A stretch of 64,000 nucleotides of DNA from Ilumatobacteraceae bacterium (GCA_035527095.1 DATLBC010000140.1:6820-70819), one strand, 5' to 3'; positions 24,966 through 34,180 are shown, counted from the stretch's first letter. Made by a program: numbers and translations. The notes: a model not told the origin generated them from the sequence alone.

Positions 24966-26228
24966 TCAGGCGGCGGTACTTCGCTGGGATCGGCCTGGTG
25001 GTCCGGTCGCGTGGACGCTCCCGTCGGGGAGGTGGAGGGTGAGTTGTCGGTTCGGTCCGAGTTCGATAACCCATCCGTCGTTGTGGATCTTGGCGTGATG
25101 CACCGAGCAGACGGGCAGGAGGTTGTCGAAGTCGGTGCGGCCCTGGTTGCGCCACCAGATGATGTGGTGGAGTTTGCAGCGGTCGTAGGCCACCGTGCAG
25201 CCCGGGATGGCACAACACCGGTACAGCCCGCGTAGCGCGCGTCGTTGGGCGCGGTTCGCCAGGCGGGTGGTGCGTCCCAGGTTCAACTCTCCGGGTGCGT
25301 GCAGCACCACACCGTTGCGAACCACGACCGCGTGCACGTCGGCGTCGCCGGCCAACGTGGCGAGCACGCGGGCGGGGATCTCGACAGGGATCGAGAACTC
25401 GCCAACCGGGCCGACCTGGTCCTCAGCATCGGCGTGGACGACCACGACATATTCCGGTCGGCCCAGCTTCGGCCGCACGAGCGGTGCAGGATCGTTGCTG
25501 CGTTCGTTGCCCAACGCTTCGTCGAGGAGGAGTCGAGCGACGGCCTGGGCGGCGAGGTAGCGCTGCTTCTCGATGGGGTCGTCGGGGCAGTCGGCGGGCT
25601 CGGCTTCACCGAAGAGCGTTTGGACTGTGGTGTCGATCCGAGCGGCGATCTTGATGCCGGTGACGGGGTCGAACTTGGCGGTCAGGTTCCACATGCCGTC
25701 GGTGTCGACCCAGGTGCGGGCTCGTGCGTTGCGGCGTTGTCGGGCGAGACGGTCGAGGCCGTCGTCTTCTTGGAGTCGTTTGGTTTCGAGGTCCAGGCGG
25801 CGGGTGAACTCGTCGACCGTGCCGGCCTTCGCAACGGCGGCCAATGCGTCGGCACGCTTGATCAGCTCGCCGCGTTTGGACGCATCGACCTTCTTCGAGG
25901 CCCGGGTGACGGCATCGACATGGTCAGCGGTGATCGCACCGTCGCCCAACGCGTCAGCCAGCTTGGGTGTCTGCTTCAACGTCGTGGAGCGTTCGGTGGT
26001 CTTGGCCGCCTGGCTCAGCGATTTCTTCGACGCGTTCGCGATGCGCTGCTCGGGGAACGAATCGATCCCCTCGAGTTGCCTGACCAGGCCGGCGTGCTGA
26101 GCGTCGCACCACGCCTGCACTTCACGCACCGCGACCAGACCGGACTCGATCAGATCAGCACCCGCCGACGAGTTCGAACGCACCGACGCAATCGCCCCGA
26201 CCCGCTCGACCACCGCAGCGATCTCCAT
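24966..26228 (-). CDS. DUF222 + HNH endonuclease (13E12-repeat-type, selfish-element-like)
   Basis: The N-terminal DUF222-like region reads …VQAWCDAQHAGLVRQLEG…ITADHVDAV…. The C-terminal HNH region is CAIPGCTVAYDRCKLHHIIWWRNQGRTDFDNLLPVCSVHHAKIHNDGW. Confidence 0.9.
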   Translation of the reverse strand: MEIAAVVERVGAIASVRSNSSAGADLIESGLVAVREVQAWCDAQHAGLVRQLEGIDSFPEQRIANASKKSLSQAAKTTERSTTLKQTPKLADALGDGAITADHVDAVTRASKKVDASKRGELIKRADALAAVAKAGTVDEFTRRLDLETKRLQEDDGLDRLARQRRNARARTWVDTDGMWNLTAKFDPVTGIKIAARIDTTVQTLFGEAEPADCPDDPIEKQRYLAAQAVARLLLDEALGNERSNDPAPLVRPKLGRPEYVVVVHADAEDQVGPVGEFSIPVEIPARVLATLAGDADVHAVVVRNGVVLHAPGELNLGRTTRLANRAQRRALRGLYRCCAIPGCTVAYDRCKLHHIIWWRNQGRTDFDNLLPVCSVHHAKIHNDGWVIELGPNRQLTLHLPDGSVHATGPPGRSQRSTAA

Positions 26229-26314
26229 GCCGGCAACCCTAGACAGGGGGTGTCACACAGTTGATCGGCGCAAGACTTCGGCCATGAGCGACGCCGTCGA
26301 CGACGTGGGACCGC

Positions 26315-27166
26315 TCAGCTGACCGACAGTTCGTCGAGCATGCGTTGACGAGTGCGGCCAAGGTCGGCGAGGACCGATGCGAGGGGAAAACCGGGCGATC
26401 CGCCGTCGATCGCTTCGAGAGCCGACGCCACCTGACCGGGAGCATCGGGCCGCATGCGTGCGATGAGATTGACGAGAACTGCTCGGTGAGCGTGGACCAA
26501 CATGCCGGCGTCGATCGCTCTGGCGAGTTGTCGAGCGACGACGTCACCGTCGGCGTGGAGCAGCGGCTCGAGATCGGGCGGGATCGGAAGCGGTGGCAAC
26601 TCGGCGATGTCGTCCGCCGACGGATCGGGCTGCGCGCCAGCGGCGCCTCGGGCGCCCAACTCGGGGAGGTGACCGACGAGCCAACCGGCGAGCGGTCCAC
26701 ACGCCAGCTCGGCACGGGCTCGGCGAATGGGATCGGTTCGGTGTCGGGTCAGCAGCTCGGGCACGAGGTCGGGTGGCACGCGCCACCCATTCATGACCAG
26801 GCTCAGCATCCATTCGTCCTCGAGCACCGGCCACGACGACACGATGTGATGCCAGCGTTCGGCCGCAGCGGGCACACAGACCGGTCGATCATCGGTGCCG
26901 GGACCATCGACCGGCGACAAGGGTGCCCCCGGAAGGACGCCGGCACGGCGAACAGCCACGGTCGCGGCGACCTGGGCGAGCATCCGCTCCGACGGTGTCG
27001 ACCGGACTGTGTCGTCGACGAGGTCCGCGATCAGCCCGTCCGGCTCGGGCGGGTTGCGACGGTCGGTGCCGAGCATCGCCACCGACACCAACTCGCGCCA
27101 CTGCTCCACCTGCGTCACGCCGCCCCACCCCCACGTTTGCGTCGAGGTTCGGGTGACCCGCCGCAC
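26315..27166 (-). CDS. DUF5691-like protein (short)
   Basis: …WRELVSVAMLGTDRRNPPEP…ERMLAQVAATVAVRRAG… The name is assigned from the gene's position between the SWIM and AAA genes and from my recollection of the family. The start is uncertain (GTG at 27166 or 27118). Confidence 0.5.
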   Translation of the reverse strand: MRRVTRTSTQTWGWGGVTQVEQWRELVSVAMLGTDRRNPPEPDGLIADLVDDTVRSTPSERMLAQVAATVAVRRAGVLPGAPLSPVDGPGTDDRPVCVPAAAERWHHIVSSWPVLEDEWMLSLVMNGWRVPPDLVPELLTRHRTDPIRRARAELACGPLAGWLVGHLPELGARGAAGAQPDPSADDIAELPPLPIPPDLEPLLHADGDVVARQLARAIDAGMLVHAHRAVLVNLIARMRPDAPGQVASALEAIDGGSPGFPLASVLADLGRTRQRMLDELSVS

Positions 27167-27191
27167 ACAAACTCTGACGCAAACGTGGTGA

Positions 27192-28598
27192 TCATGCCGC
27201 GCTCACGAAGGAGTCGTCGGCACGGGGGCCGATGTCGATCGAGTGGTCGTCGAGGTGGATGGTCAGCGGCACGACACCGTGCGGCGTCCACTCGCACGAC
27301 ACGTCGACAGTGCCACCGCCGGCGACCGCGAGCAACGTCGCCAGGGGACGGCCGCCGGCGATCAACGGCAGCGAGCCGCCGCTGTCGGTGAGGGCGAACC
27401 GCGTGCCGTCGACGGCGACCGCTGCGGTGGCCGTGAACGGGATGCGGTCGAGCCACGGCTCGGCGGCGAGCAGTACGCCGACCTCGTCGCAGGCCGCCAC
27501 GACATCGACGGCAGGTGGACGGGCGGGCTCGATCGGATCGCCGTGGCGTGTGCCGACCAGCGCGCGCAGCGCAGGTCCGGGATACCGATGCAGGTCTGCT
27601 TCGACGGCGGTCCCGACGATCAACGACGTGTCGAGGCTCTGGCGGTACGCAGCGAACGACAGCACGAGGGCCCAGCGTCCCGACGTCGACCCGCGCAGCC
27701 AATGGCGACGCACCTCGATGCGGTCCTCGCGGGTGTCGCTGCGGGCCGCAACGACCCACGTGTCGGTGTCGGGAACACCGCAGAGCACGTCGGCCTGTCG
27801 CACCTGCCAACCGACCGTGGTGGCCACGGCGTCGGCGAGCGGGCCCGGCAGCGACCCGAGTCGGCGGCCCGCCTGTGCGAGCAGATGCAGCAACCCGAGC
27901 TCGGCGAGCACGTCGCTGTGCCAGTCGGGGGAGGCACCGACGAGACCGGCCAGCCTGCGGATGCGATTGGCGAGGCTGCCTGCTTGCGCATCGACGAGAC
28001 GAGCGGCCAGCTCGTCCCACGTCGCGTACTTCGCCAGTGCCGGATCGGCCAGGCCGGTGCGCATCCGATCGTCGAGCCAACGGTCGAGTTCGGTCAGCCC
28101 TGCGAACATCCGCTCGATGCGCTCGTCGCGCGCCCGGTCACGGTCGGGTTCTGGAGGCGGTTCCCGCTCCCCCTCGGGCAGTGCATCGGAGATCGCGTCC
28201 GAGGTCGGCGCCGATGCGGACGCCGCCGTGTCGCGAGCCGACGGCGGGAACGTCGTGTCCGGACCGCGACGGCCGGCGGAGGCCTCGCGAGCCTCGACCC
28301 AGCTCGCCACCTGCGGCGGCGCCGTCGTGTCCGGGACGTCGCCGCTCACCCACAGCAACAACATCGCGAGCACGTGTTTGCACGGATGACGCCGACTTGG
28401 GCACGTGCACCGGAAACCGACGCCGACATGGTCGACCATCGTGTCGTACGGCTCTGCACCGCTCCCCCGACAGGACCCCCACACCGCCCGGTCGTCGGCG
28501 CCGAGCCCGCCCCACTTCGTCAACGTGGTCAGCGGCCGGGCGGCGCTCAGCGCGGCCGGGGTCGGCGCGATCGCCTCGACCTGTTCCACCGACCACAT
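27192..28598 (-). CDS. SWIM zinc-finger protein
   Basis: The N-terminal SWIM motif is FRCTCPSRRHPCKHVLAMLLLW (C-x-C…C-x-H). A long C-terminal region follows, and the product is 468 aa. Confidence 0.8.
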   Translation of the reverse strand: MWSVEQVEAIAPTPAALSAARPLTTLTKWGGLGADDRAVWGSCRGSGAEPYDTMVDHVGVGFRCTCPSRRHPCKHVLAMLLLWVSGDVPDTTAPPQVASWVEAREASAGRRGPDTTFPPSARDTAASASAPTSDAISDALPEGEREPPPEPDRDRARDERIERMFAGLTELDRWLDDRMRTGLADPALAKYATWDELAARLVDAQAGSLANRIRRLAGLVGASPDWHSDVLAELGLLHLLAQAGRRLGSLPGPLADAVATTVGWQVRQADVLCGVPDTDTWVVAARSDTREDRIEVRRHWLRGSTSGRWALVLSFAAYRQSLDTSLIVGTAVEADLHRYPGPALRALVGTRHGDPIEPARPPAVDVVAACDEVGVLLAAEPWLDRIPFTATAAVAVDGTRFALTDSGGSLPLIAGGRPLATLLAVAGGGTVDVSCEWTPHGVVPLTIHLDDHSIDIGPRADDSFVSAA

Positions 28599-28634
28599 GC
28601 GCCCGATGGTACCGAGGGGGTGTCCCTACCTCGG

Positions 28635-29072
28635 TCAGGCCCGCTGGCGCAACACCGCTTGGGTTTGAGTCACTTTCGCGATGAGACGGTCATCCGACCG
28701 GATCTCCGTTTCGACGACGATCGTGGTCGAACCAACATGAAGCGGCGTTGCGACGGCGCGAATCATCCCGGTCGAGGCACCGCCGAGGAAGTTGGTCTTC
28801 GACTCGATTGTCGACGTGCCGGTGGCTCCGGCCGGGAGGTTCATCGCGGCGACCACCGCCCCGGCCGAATCGGCGATCGCCATCACGGCACCACCGTGGA
28901 CCAGCCCGCCAGAGGTGCTCACATCATGCGTGACGTCCATGGCGACTTCGACCCGGTCGGGCGTGGCCGATACTCCGACGATGCCGAGCGTGCCACACAG
29001 CGGCATCGCCCCGCGGAGCATGTCGGTCAGGTCAGCATCAGCGACGGTTTCGGACAGCGGCGCTTCGGACAC
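28635..29072 (-). CDS. PaaI-family hot-dog thioesterase
   Basis: …GGLVHGGAVMAIADSAGAVVA…TSTIESKTNFLGGA…VGSTTIVVETEI… I chose the GTG at 29072. Confidence 0.8.
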   Translation of the reverse strand: MSEAPLSETVADADLTDMLRGAMPLCGTLGIVGVSATPDRVEVAMDVTHDVSTSGGLVHGGAVMAIADSAGAVVAAMNLPAGATGTSTIESKTNFLGGASTGMIRAVATPLHVGSTTIVVETEIRSDDRLIAKVTQTQAVLRQRA

Positions 29073-29141
29073 GGAGTACAAGCTATGACATCGGCGTCGC
29101 ACCCTGCCACGACGTTCCACGCGTGGGCGCGGCCACCGACC

Positions 29142-30827
29142 TCAGGCACGGATGGCGACAGCGACCGGCTCGTCGTGCACCGACCGGGCGGCCGACTTCG
29201 CGTGGTAACTCGACCGGGTGAGCGGGCTCGCTTCGACGTGCCCGACGCCGTACGACTCGCCGAGCTGCTTCCACTGGTCGAACTCGGCCGGCTCTGCGTA
29301 GCGGGCGATCGGAAGGTGGTGCGACGTCGGGCGCAGGTACTGCCCGATCGTGACGATGTCGACGCCCAGGTCGGCGAGGTCGGCCAGCAACCCCTCGATC
29401 TCGTCGTCGGTCTCGCCGAGCCCGACCATGAACCCGGTCTTGGTGGTGAGCCCCGCTGCTTTGGCACGGGCGAGCACGCCGAGCGATCGGGCGTATCCGG
29501 CCGACGGCCGCACGGCGCGCTGCAAGCGAGCGACCGTCTCGACGTTGTGGTTCACCACATCGGGTCGCACCGCGAGCAGCAGGTCGAGCGCTGCCTCGTC
29601 GCCCTTCGCATCGGAGATCAGCGTTTCGATCTGCGTTGCTGGGCGACGCACGCGGATCGCCTCGACACACGCCGCCACATGGGCCATCCCACCGTCGGCG
29701 AGGTCGTCGCGTGCGACCATGGTCAGCACCGCATGGTCGAGGCCCATCCGGTCGATCGCCTCGGCGACCCGCGCCGGCTCGTCGCCTGCGGGCGAAAGCG
29801 GCTTGTTCGTGTCGACGAGACAGAACCCGCACGCTCGAGTGCAGCGCTCGCCCAGGACCATGAACGTGGCGGTGCCGTCGGCCCAACACTCGGACAGATT
29901 GGGGCAGCCCGCGTCCTCACACACAGTGACGAGGTCGAGATCGCGCACCGTCTTCTTGAGAGACATCACATCGGCGCCGAGTGCGACCTTTGGTCGCAGC
30001 CACGCGGGCTTGCGCGTCTCGATCGACAGGCCCTCCGTGACACCCGCAGCCTCGAGACGACCAGCAGCCCGGTCGGACACCAGCTTCACCTGCTCTCCCG
30101 GGCCCTCGCCCCGCGAGAACGCGGACACGTCGCGGCCGTCCGCGGCGTGCTTCCATGCGACGTCTTGTCGTTCGATGGCGCCGCCGGCCCACCGGTCAGC
30201 GGCGAGACGGGCGATCACGTCGACGACCTCACGCATCGACACGTCGACGCTTTCCTCGGCAAGCGACGTGACCGGCTTGTCGCCGATGCCACACGGCACG
30301 ATGTGGTCGCGCAGATAGGTCATGTCGGTCGTGACGTTGAGGGCGAAGCCGTGCATCGTGCGACCGTGCGCAAGCCGGACCCCGATCGCACAGATCTTGC
30401 GGGGCTGTACCGACGGGTCGGGGTGGTCGACGTCGAGCCAGACGCCGGCGAATCCCTCCAACCGACCGGCGTTCGCCAACCCGAGTTCGGCGAGCGCGTC
30501 GATGACGAGCCCCTCGACGTTGCACACGTGATCCGAGGCGCCCAGACGGTTGTCGACGTTGACGACCGGATACCCGACCAACTGGCCCGGGCCGTGGTAG
30601 GTGATGTCGCCACCGCGCTTGACCGACACCAGCTCGGCACCGACCACCGCGGGCTCGCAGCGGAGGTTGTCGGCAAGGTTCGCTCGCTTGCCATGGGTGA
30701 ACACGTGCGGATGTTCGAGCAGCAGCAGGTGCTGTCCCTCGCCGCGCTCGAACACGGCCGTCTGCACGGCCAACGCTTCGCGGTATGGCACCCGCCCCAA
30801 CCAGCGGACGCGCAACGGGCCAGTCAC
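29142..30827 (-). CDS. lipB-lipA: fused lipoyl(octanoyl) transferase LipB / lipoyl synthase LipA
   Basis: A single 561-aa ORF. LipB motifs lie in residues 1 to about 215 (LLLLEHPHVFTHG, GGDITYHGPGQLVGYP, RKICAIGV, IVPCGI). After a roughly 50-aa linker come the LipA motifs (CEDAGCPNLSEC, CTRACGFCLV radical-SAM CxxxCxxC, …HNVETV…GLGETDDE…ITIGQYLRP…SSYHA). Confidence 0.9.
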   Translation of the reverse strand: MTGPLRVRWLGRVPYREALAVQTAVFERGEGQHLLLLEHPHVFTHGKRANLADNLRCEPAVVGAELVSVKRGGDITYHGPGQLVGYPVVNVDNRLGASDHVCNVEGLVIDALAELGLANAGRLEGFAGVWLDVDHPDPSVQPRKICAIGVRLAHGRTMHGFALNVTTDMTYLRDHIVPCGIGDKPVTSLAEESVDVSMREVVDVIARLAADRWAGGAIERQDVAWKHAADGRDVSAFSRGEGPGEQVKLVSDRAAGRLEAAGVTEGLSIETRKPAWLRPKVALGADVMSLKKTVRDLDLVTVCEDAGCPNLSECWADGTATFMVLGERCTRACGFCLVDTNKPLSPAGDEPARVAEAIDRMGLDHAVLTMVARDDLADGGMAHVAACVEAIRVRRPATQIETLISDAKGDEAALDLLLAVRPDVVNHNVETVARLQRAVRPSAGYARSLGVLARAKAAGLTTKTGFMVGLGETDDEIEGLLADLADLGVDIVTIGQYLRPTSHHLPIARYAEPAEFDQWKQLGESYGVGHVEASPLTRSSYHAKSAARSVHDEPVAVAIRA

Positions 30828-30841
30828 GACAGACCCGAGCG

Positions 30842-32242
30842 TCAGAGCTCGGTCGACCAGTCCTTGGTCTCGAGGATCTCCTTGACCCGAGCGAGGAACC
30901 GCGCCGCATAGGCGCCGTCGAAGGCTCGGTGGTCCCAGCTCATTGCGAGGTTGCCGACTGGGTGAATAGCAATCGCCTCGCCGCCGTCGGGGCCGGTCGT
31001 CACGACCGGCTTGCGAACGATCGCGTCGGTCGAGATGATCCCCACCTGTGGCTGGTTGATGATCGGCATCGTGAGCACCGAGCCCGCCGAGCCGTTGTTG
31101 CTGAGCGTGAACGTTCCGCCCGAGATCTCGTCGGGGCTCAACTTGCGGCTGCGGGCGCGGTCGGCGAGATCGGAGATCTCCGATGCGATCGCGGCGAGCC
31201 GCTTGGTTTCGGCATCACGAACGACCGGAGCGAGCAGACCGTCGTAGTCGAGGTCGACGGCGATGCCGAGGTCGACGAAGTTGTGCACGATCAGGTCGTT
31301 GTCGCTGACGCTGGCGTTGAGGTGCGGGAACTCGCTCAACCCGTCGATGACGGCCCGGGCGATGAACGGCAGGTAGGTCAGGCTGAATCCGTGCGTGGCC
31401 TTCCAGTCGTCCTTGACCTTGGTGCGCACGACGTCGACGTTGGCGAAGTCGACCTCGACGACGCTGAAGGCGTGTGGGCTGGTCGCCTTGCTCATCACCA
31501 TGTGATCGCCGGTGAGGCGGCGGATCTTGGACAGCGCCACGACCGTGTCACGCTCCCCGGCAGCTGCCTGAGGTGCCGGCGCGGCCGGTCGTGCAGGGGT
31601 CGGCACCGGCGGCGAGGCCGCGGGAGTCGGCGCGGCGGCGGACGGAGTCGACGGAGCGGGCGCACTGGCCACCGCGGGGTCCTGGCGGCTGGCGCCGGTG
31701 GCATCGATGTGATCGAGCACGTCGTCTCGAGTGATGCGACCGCCGGGTCCCGATCCGGTGATTGCGTCGGCGTCCAGGCCGTGCTCGTTCACCAGGCGGC
31801 GAACGACCGGTGACAGCAGCCGGTTGTCACCGGCCTGGGCGGCTGCGGGCGCAGCAGGAGCAGACGGCGGCGCAGCAGGAGCAGATGGCGGCGCAGCAGG
31901 AGCCGCAGCGGGTGCGGGCGGGGGCGGCGGTGCCGGCGCTTGCGGGGCGGGTTCCGGTGCCGGAGCAGGCTCGGTAGCCGCCGCCGGAGCGGATGGAGCC
32001 GCACCATCGGCGTCGCCGACGACAGCGATGACCGTGCCGACGTCGACGGTGTCACCTTCTTGGACGCGGATCTCGGTGAGCACACCGGACACCGGCGACG
32101 GCACCTCGGTGTCGACTTTGTCGGTGGACACCTCGAACAGTGGCTCGTCGGCGGCGACGGTGTCACCGACGTTCTTGAACCACTGCGTGATGGTGCCCTC
32201 GGTGACCGTTTCGCCGAGTTGTGGGAGGGTGACGTCTGCCAT
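30842..32242 (-). CDS. dihydrolipoamide acyltransferase (E2) of a 2-oxoacid dehydrogenase complex
   Basis: The lipoyl domain is …LFEVSTDKVDTEVPSPVSG…. Pro/Ala linkers precede the E3-binding domain LLSPVVRRLVNEHGLDADAITGSGPGGRITRDDV, and the catalytic motif is SWDHRAFDGAYAARFL. Confidence 0.93.
   Translation of the reverse strand: MADVTLPQLGETVTEGTITQWFKNVGDTVAADEPLFEVSTDKVDTEVPSPVSGVLTEIRVQEGDTVDVGTVIAVVGDADGAAPSAPAAATEPAPAPEPAPQAPAPPPPPAPAAAPAAPPSAPAAPPSAPAAPAAAQAGDNRLLSPVVRRLVNEHGLDADAITGSGPGGRITRDDVLDHIDATGASRQDPAVASAPAPSTPSAAAPTPAASPPVPTPARPAAPAPQAAAGERDTVVALSKIRRLTGDHMVMSKATSPHAFSVVEVDFANVDVVRTKVKDDWKATHGFSLTYLPFIARAVIDGLSEFPHLNASVSDNDLIVHNFVDLGIAVDLDYDGLLAPVVRDAETKRLAAIASEISDLADRARSRKLSPDEISGGTFTLSNNGSAGSVLTMPIINQPQVGIISTDAIVRKPVVTTGPDGGEAIAIHPVGNLAMSWDHRAFDGAYAARFLARVKEILETKDWSTEL
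31849..31903. repeat. 21-bp tandem repeat (about 2.6 copies) encoding the PAAPPSA linker repeat of E2
   Basis: GCGCAGCAGGAGCAGA(C/T)GGCG occurs twice, followed by a partial third copy. It encodes …PAAPPSAPAAPPSAPAAPAAA…. Coordinates may be off by 1-2 nt. Confidence 0.6.
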
Positions 32243-32297
32243 GGGAGGAGTCTCTTCTCGTGTGGGGCGTGGAGTCGAATTGGTTGCTGATCTCTGT

Positions 32298-33701
32298 CTA
32301 GCCGTTGAAGTTGCGACCGGTGAGTGACATCACGGTCTCGCCGAACAACTCGGACAGGCTCGGGTGCGGTTGGAGGAACTCGGCGATCTCGTCGACCGAG
32401 GCCTCCCAGTTGACCGCGAGGTAGCCACCGCTGAGTTGCTCCGTGACCCAGGGGCCGACCATGTGCACGCCGAGGACCTGGCCAGCGGAACCGTCGGGGC
32501 GCTTCTTGGCGATGATCTTCACGAGACCTTCGGTCTCGCCGAGGATCATCGCGCGACTGTTGAACTTGAAGGGATGCTTCGCAACCACGACGTCGTGGCC
32601 GGCCGCACGGGCCTGCTCTTCGTCGGGTCCCGCCCACGCGACTTCGGGGTGGCAGTAGATCGCCCACGGCACCCGGTCGTACGCAACGGGCATCGGTGAC
32701 TCACCGAGTACCTGCTTGACCACCAGGATCGCCTCGGCGTAGGCGACATGTGCGAGCTGCGGAGTGGCGATCAGGTCGCCGACGGCGTAGACGTCGGGTT
32801 CACCGGTACGGCAGTACTCGTCGACCTCGACGAAGCCGCGCCCGTCGACGACGACACCGGTGCCGTCGAGGCCGAGCTGGTCGGCGAAGGGACGGCGCCC
32901 GACCGACACCACGACAGCGTCGACCTCGACCGTGTCACCGTCGCCGAACGACACCGTGGTGCCACCGAATGCATTGGGTGTGTGGCCATTGACCATCACT
33001 CCGGTGCGGATCGTGATCTTCTTCTTCTTGAACGACTTCTCGACGACCTTTGCGAGGTCGGCGTCGAGGCCGGGGAGGATCTTGGGGAGGCCCTCGAGGA
33101 TGATGACCTCGCTCCCGAGGTCGGCGAACGTCGACGCGAATTCACACCCGATCGCGCCACCACCGATGACCGCCACCCGGGGCGGCACCGTGGTGAGGTC
33201 GAGCACTTCGTCGCTGGTCATGATCGGACCACCACGTTCGAAGTTCGGGATCAGACGTGGTACCGACCCGGACGCGAGCATCACGGCGTCACCGGTGATC
33301 GTCGCCGCCGAGCCGTCGGCCATCGACACGTTCACGCTGCGATTCGCACCGAGGGCGCCCACGCCGTTGAAGACCTCGACCTTGCGCCCCTTGCACATCG
33401 CGGCGATGCCCTTGACGAGTCCATCGACGATGCCCTGCTTGCGCGCCTGCGTCCGGGCGAAGTCGACGCTCGCCGGGCCGCCGGACTCGATGCCGAAGTC
33501 GCTGGAATGATCGACGTGGCGCTTGACAGCGGCGGTCTCGAGAAAGGCCTTGGCCGGGATGCAACCCCGATTGAGACACGTTCCGCCGAGCGCATCCTTC
33601 TCGACGAGCGCGACGTTCAAGCCCGCCGAGGCTCCGTAGAGGGCAGCTGAATAGCCACCAGGACCGCCACCGATCACCACCAGGTCGAAATGGTCACTCA
33701 T
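32298..33701 (-). CDS. lpd: dihydrolipoyl dehydrogenase (E3)
   Basis: The FAD-binding region is DLVVIGGGPGGY. The redox-active disulfide is GGTCLNRGCIPAK, the NAD site is VIGGGAIGCEFA, and the C-terminal interface motif is HPSLSE. Confidence 0.95.
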   Translation of the reverse strand: MSDHFDLVVIGGGPGGYSAALYGASAGLNVALVEKDALGGTCLNRGCIPAKAFLETAAVKRHVDHSSDFGIESGGPASVDFARTQARKQGIVDGLVKGIAAMCKGRKVEVFNGVGALGANRSVNVSMADGSAATITGDAVMLASGSVPRLIPNFERGGPIMTSDEVLDLTTVPPRVAVIGGGAIGCEFASTFADLGSEVIILEGLPKILPGLDADLAKVVEKSFKKKKITIRTGVMVNGHTPNAFGGTTVSFGDGDTVEVDAVVVSVGRRPFADQLGLDGTGVVVDGRGFVEVDEYCRTGEPDVYAVGDLIATPQLAHVAYAEAILVVKQVLGESPMPVAYDRVPWAIYCHPEVAWAGPDEEQARAAGHDVVVAKHPFKFNSRAMILGETEGLVKIIAKKRPDGSAGQVLGVHMVGPWVTEQLSGGYLAVNWEASVDEIAEFLQPHPSLSELFGETVMSLTGRNFNG

Positions 33702-33754
33702 CGCCGTTCACCGTAGCGTTCGATCGACCCGTCGTCATCCGGGCCCGACCGAGA

Positions 33755-34180
33755 TCATGGTGTTTCGAGCACCCAGTTGCGTTGCTGGTCGCCGCGGCGC
33801 AGTATCAGCACCCGATTCGACCCGTCGGCAGCGCTCACGTCGAACTCGATCCGGCAGCGCTGCTCAGCGACCGCGATCTCGGTGCAGCGGCCATCAGCGT
33901 CGGCCGTGACCGGCTGCAGGCGGCGGTCGCCCGTCGCGAGCGAAAAGCCCGCCAGGTCATCGTCGACGCCGCCGACTTCGACATCCACGGAGAACAATGC
34001 GTCGGTCTCGTCCGCACCGAACACGACGACATCGACATCTCCGACGCGCACGACGTCGCCGACTTCGGCAGGTTCGACGGCCGCTGATTCGTTCGCGAGT
34101 TGCAGCAGCAGCACCCCACCGGCCAGCAGGATCATCAGCCCGACACCGACCGACAGCAGCAGCAGCGTCCGGGTCTTCAT
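33755..34180 (-). CDS. membrane-anchored hypothetical protein
   Basis: The N-terminal TM helix is MKTRTLLLLSVGVGLMILLAGGVLLL, followed by an acidic beta-rich ectodomain. Confidence 0.6.
   Translation of the reverse strand: MKTRTLLLLSVGVGLMILLAGGVLLLQLANESAAVEPAEVGDVVRVGDVDVVVFGADETDALFSVDVEVGGVDDDLAGFSLATGDRRLQPVTADADGRCTEIAVAEQRCRIEFDVSAADGSNRVLILRRGDQQRNWVLETP

Noticed and set aside
27243-30911. 1222-aa plus-strand ORF spanning the SWIM, PaaI and lipB-lipA region.
   Set aside because: It lies antisense to four genes with unambiguous family motifs. Its composition is R/G/D/H-dominated with no recognisable motif. The same reasoning applies to 11875..14376, 40856..43687, 47921..48742 (upstream part of the aceE ORF), 49091..51043 and 21635..23827.
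31849-31903. Tandem repeats, considered as a possible CRISPR or VNTR-type array.
   Set aside because: They lie inside the E2 gene, in frame, encoding the Pro/Ala linker. There are no spacers. No CRISPR-like repeat-spacer structure was seen anywhere in the window.
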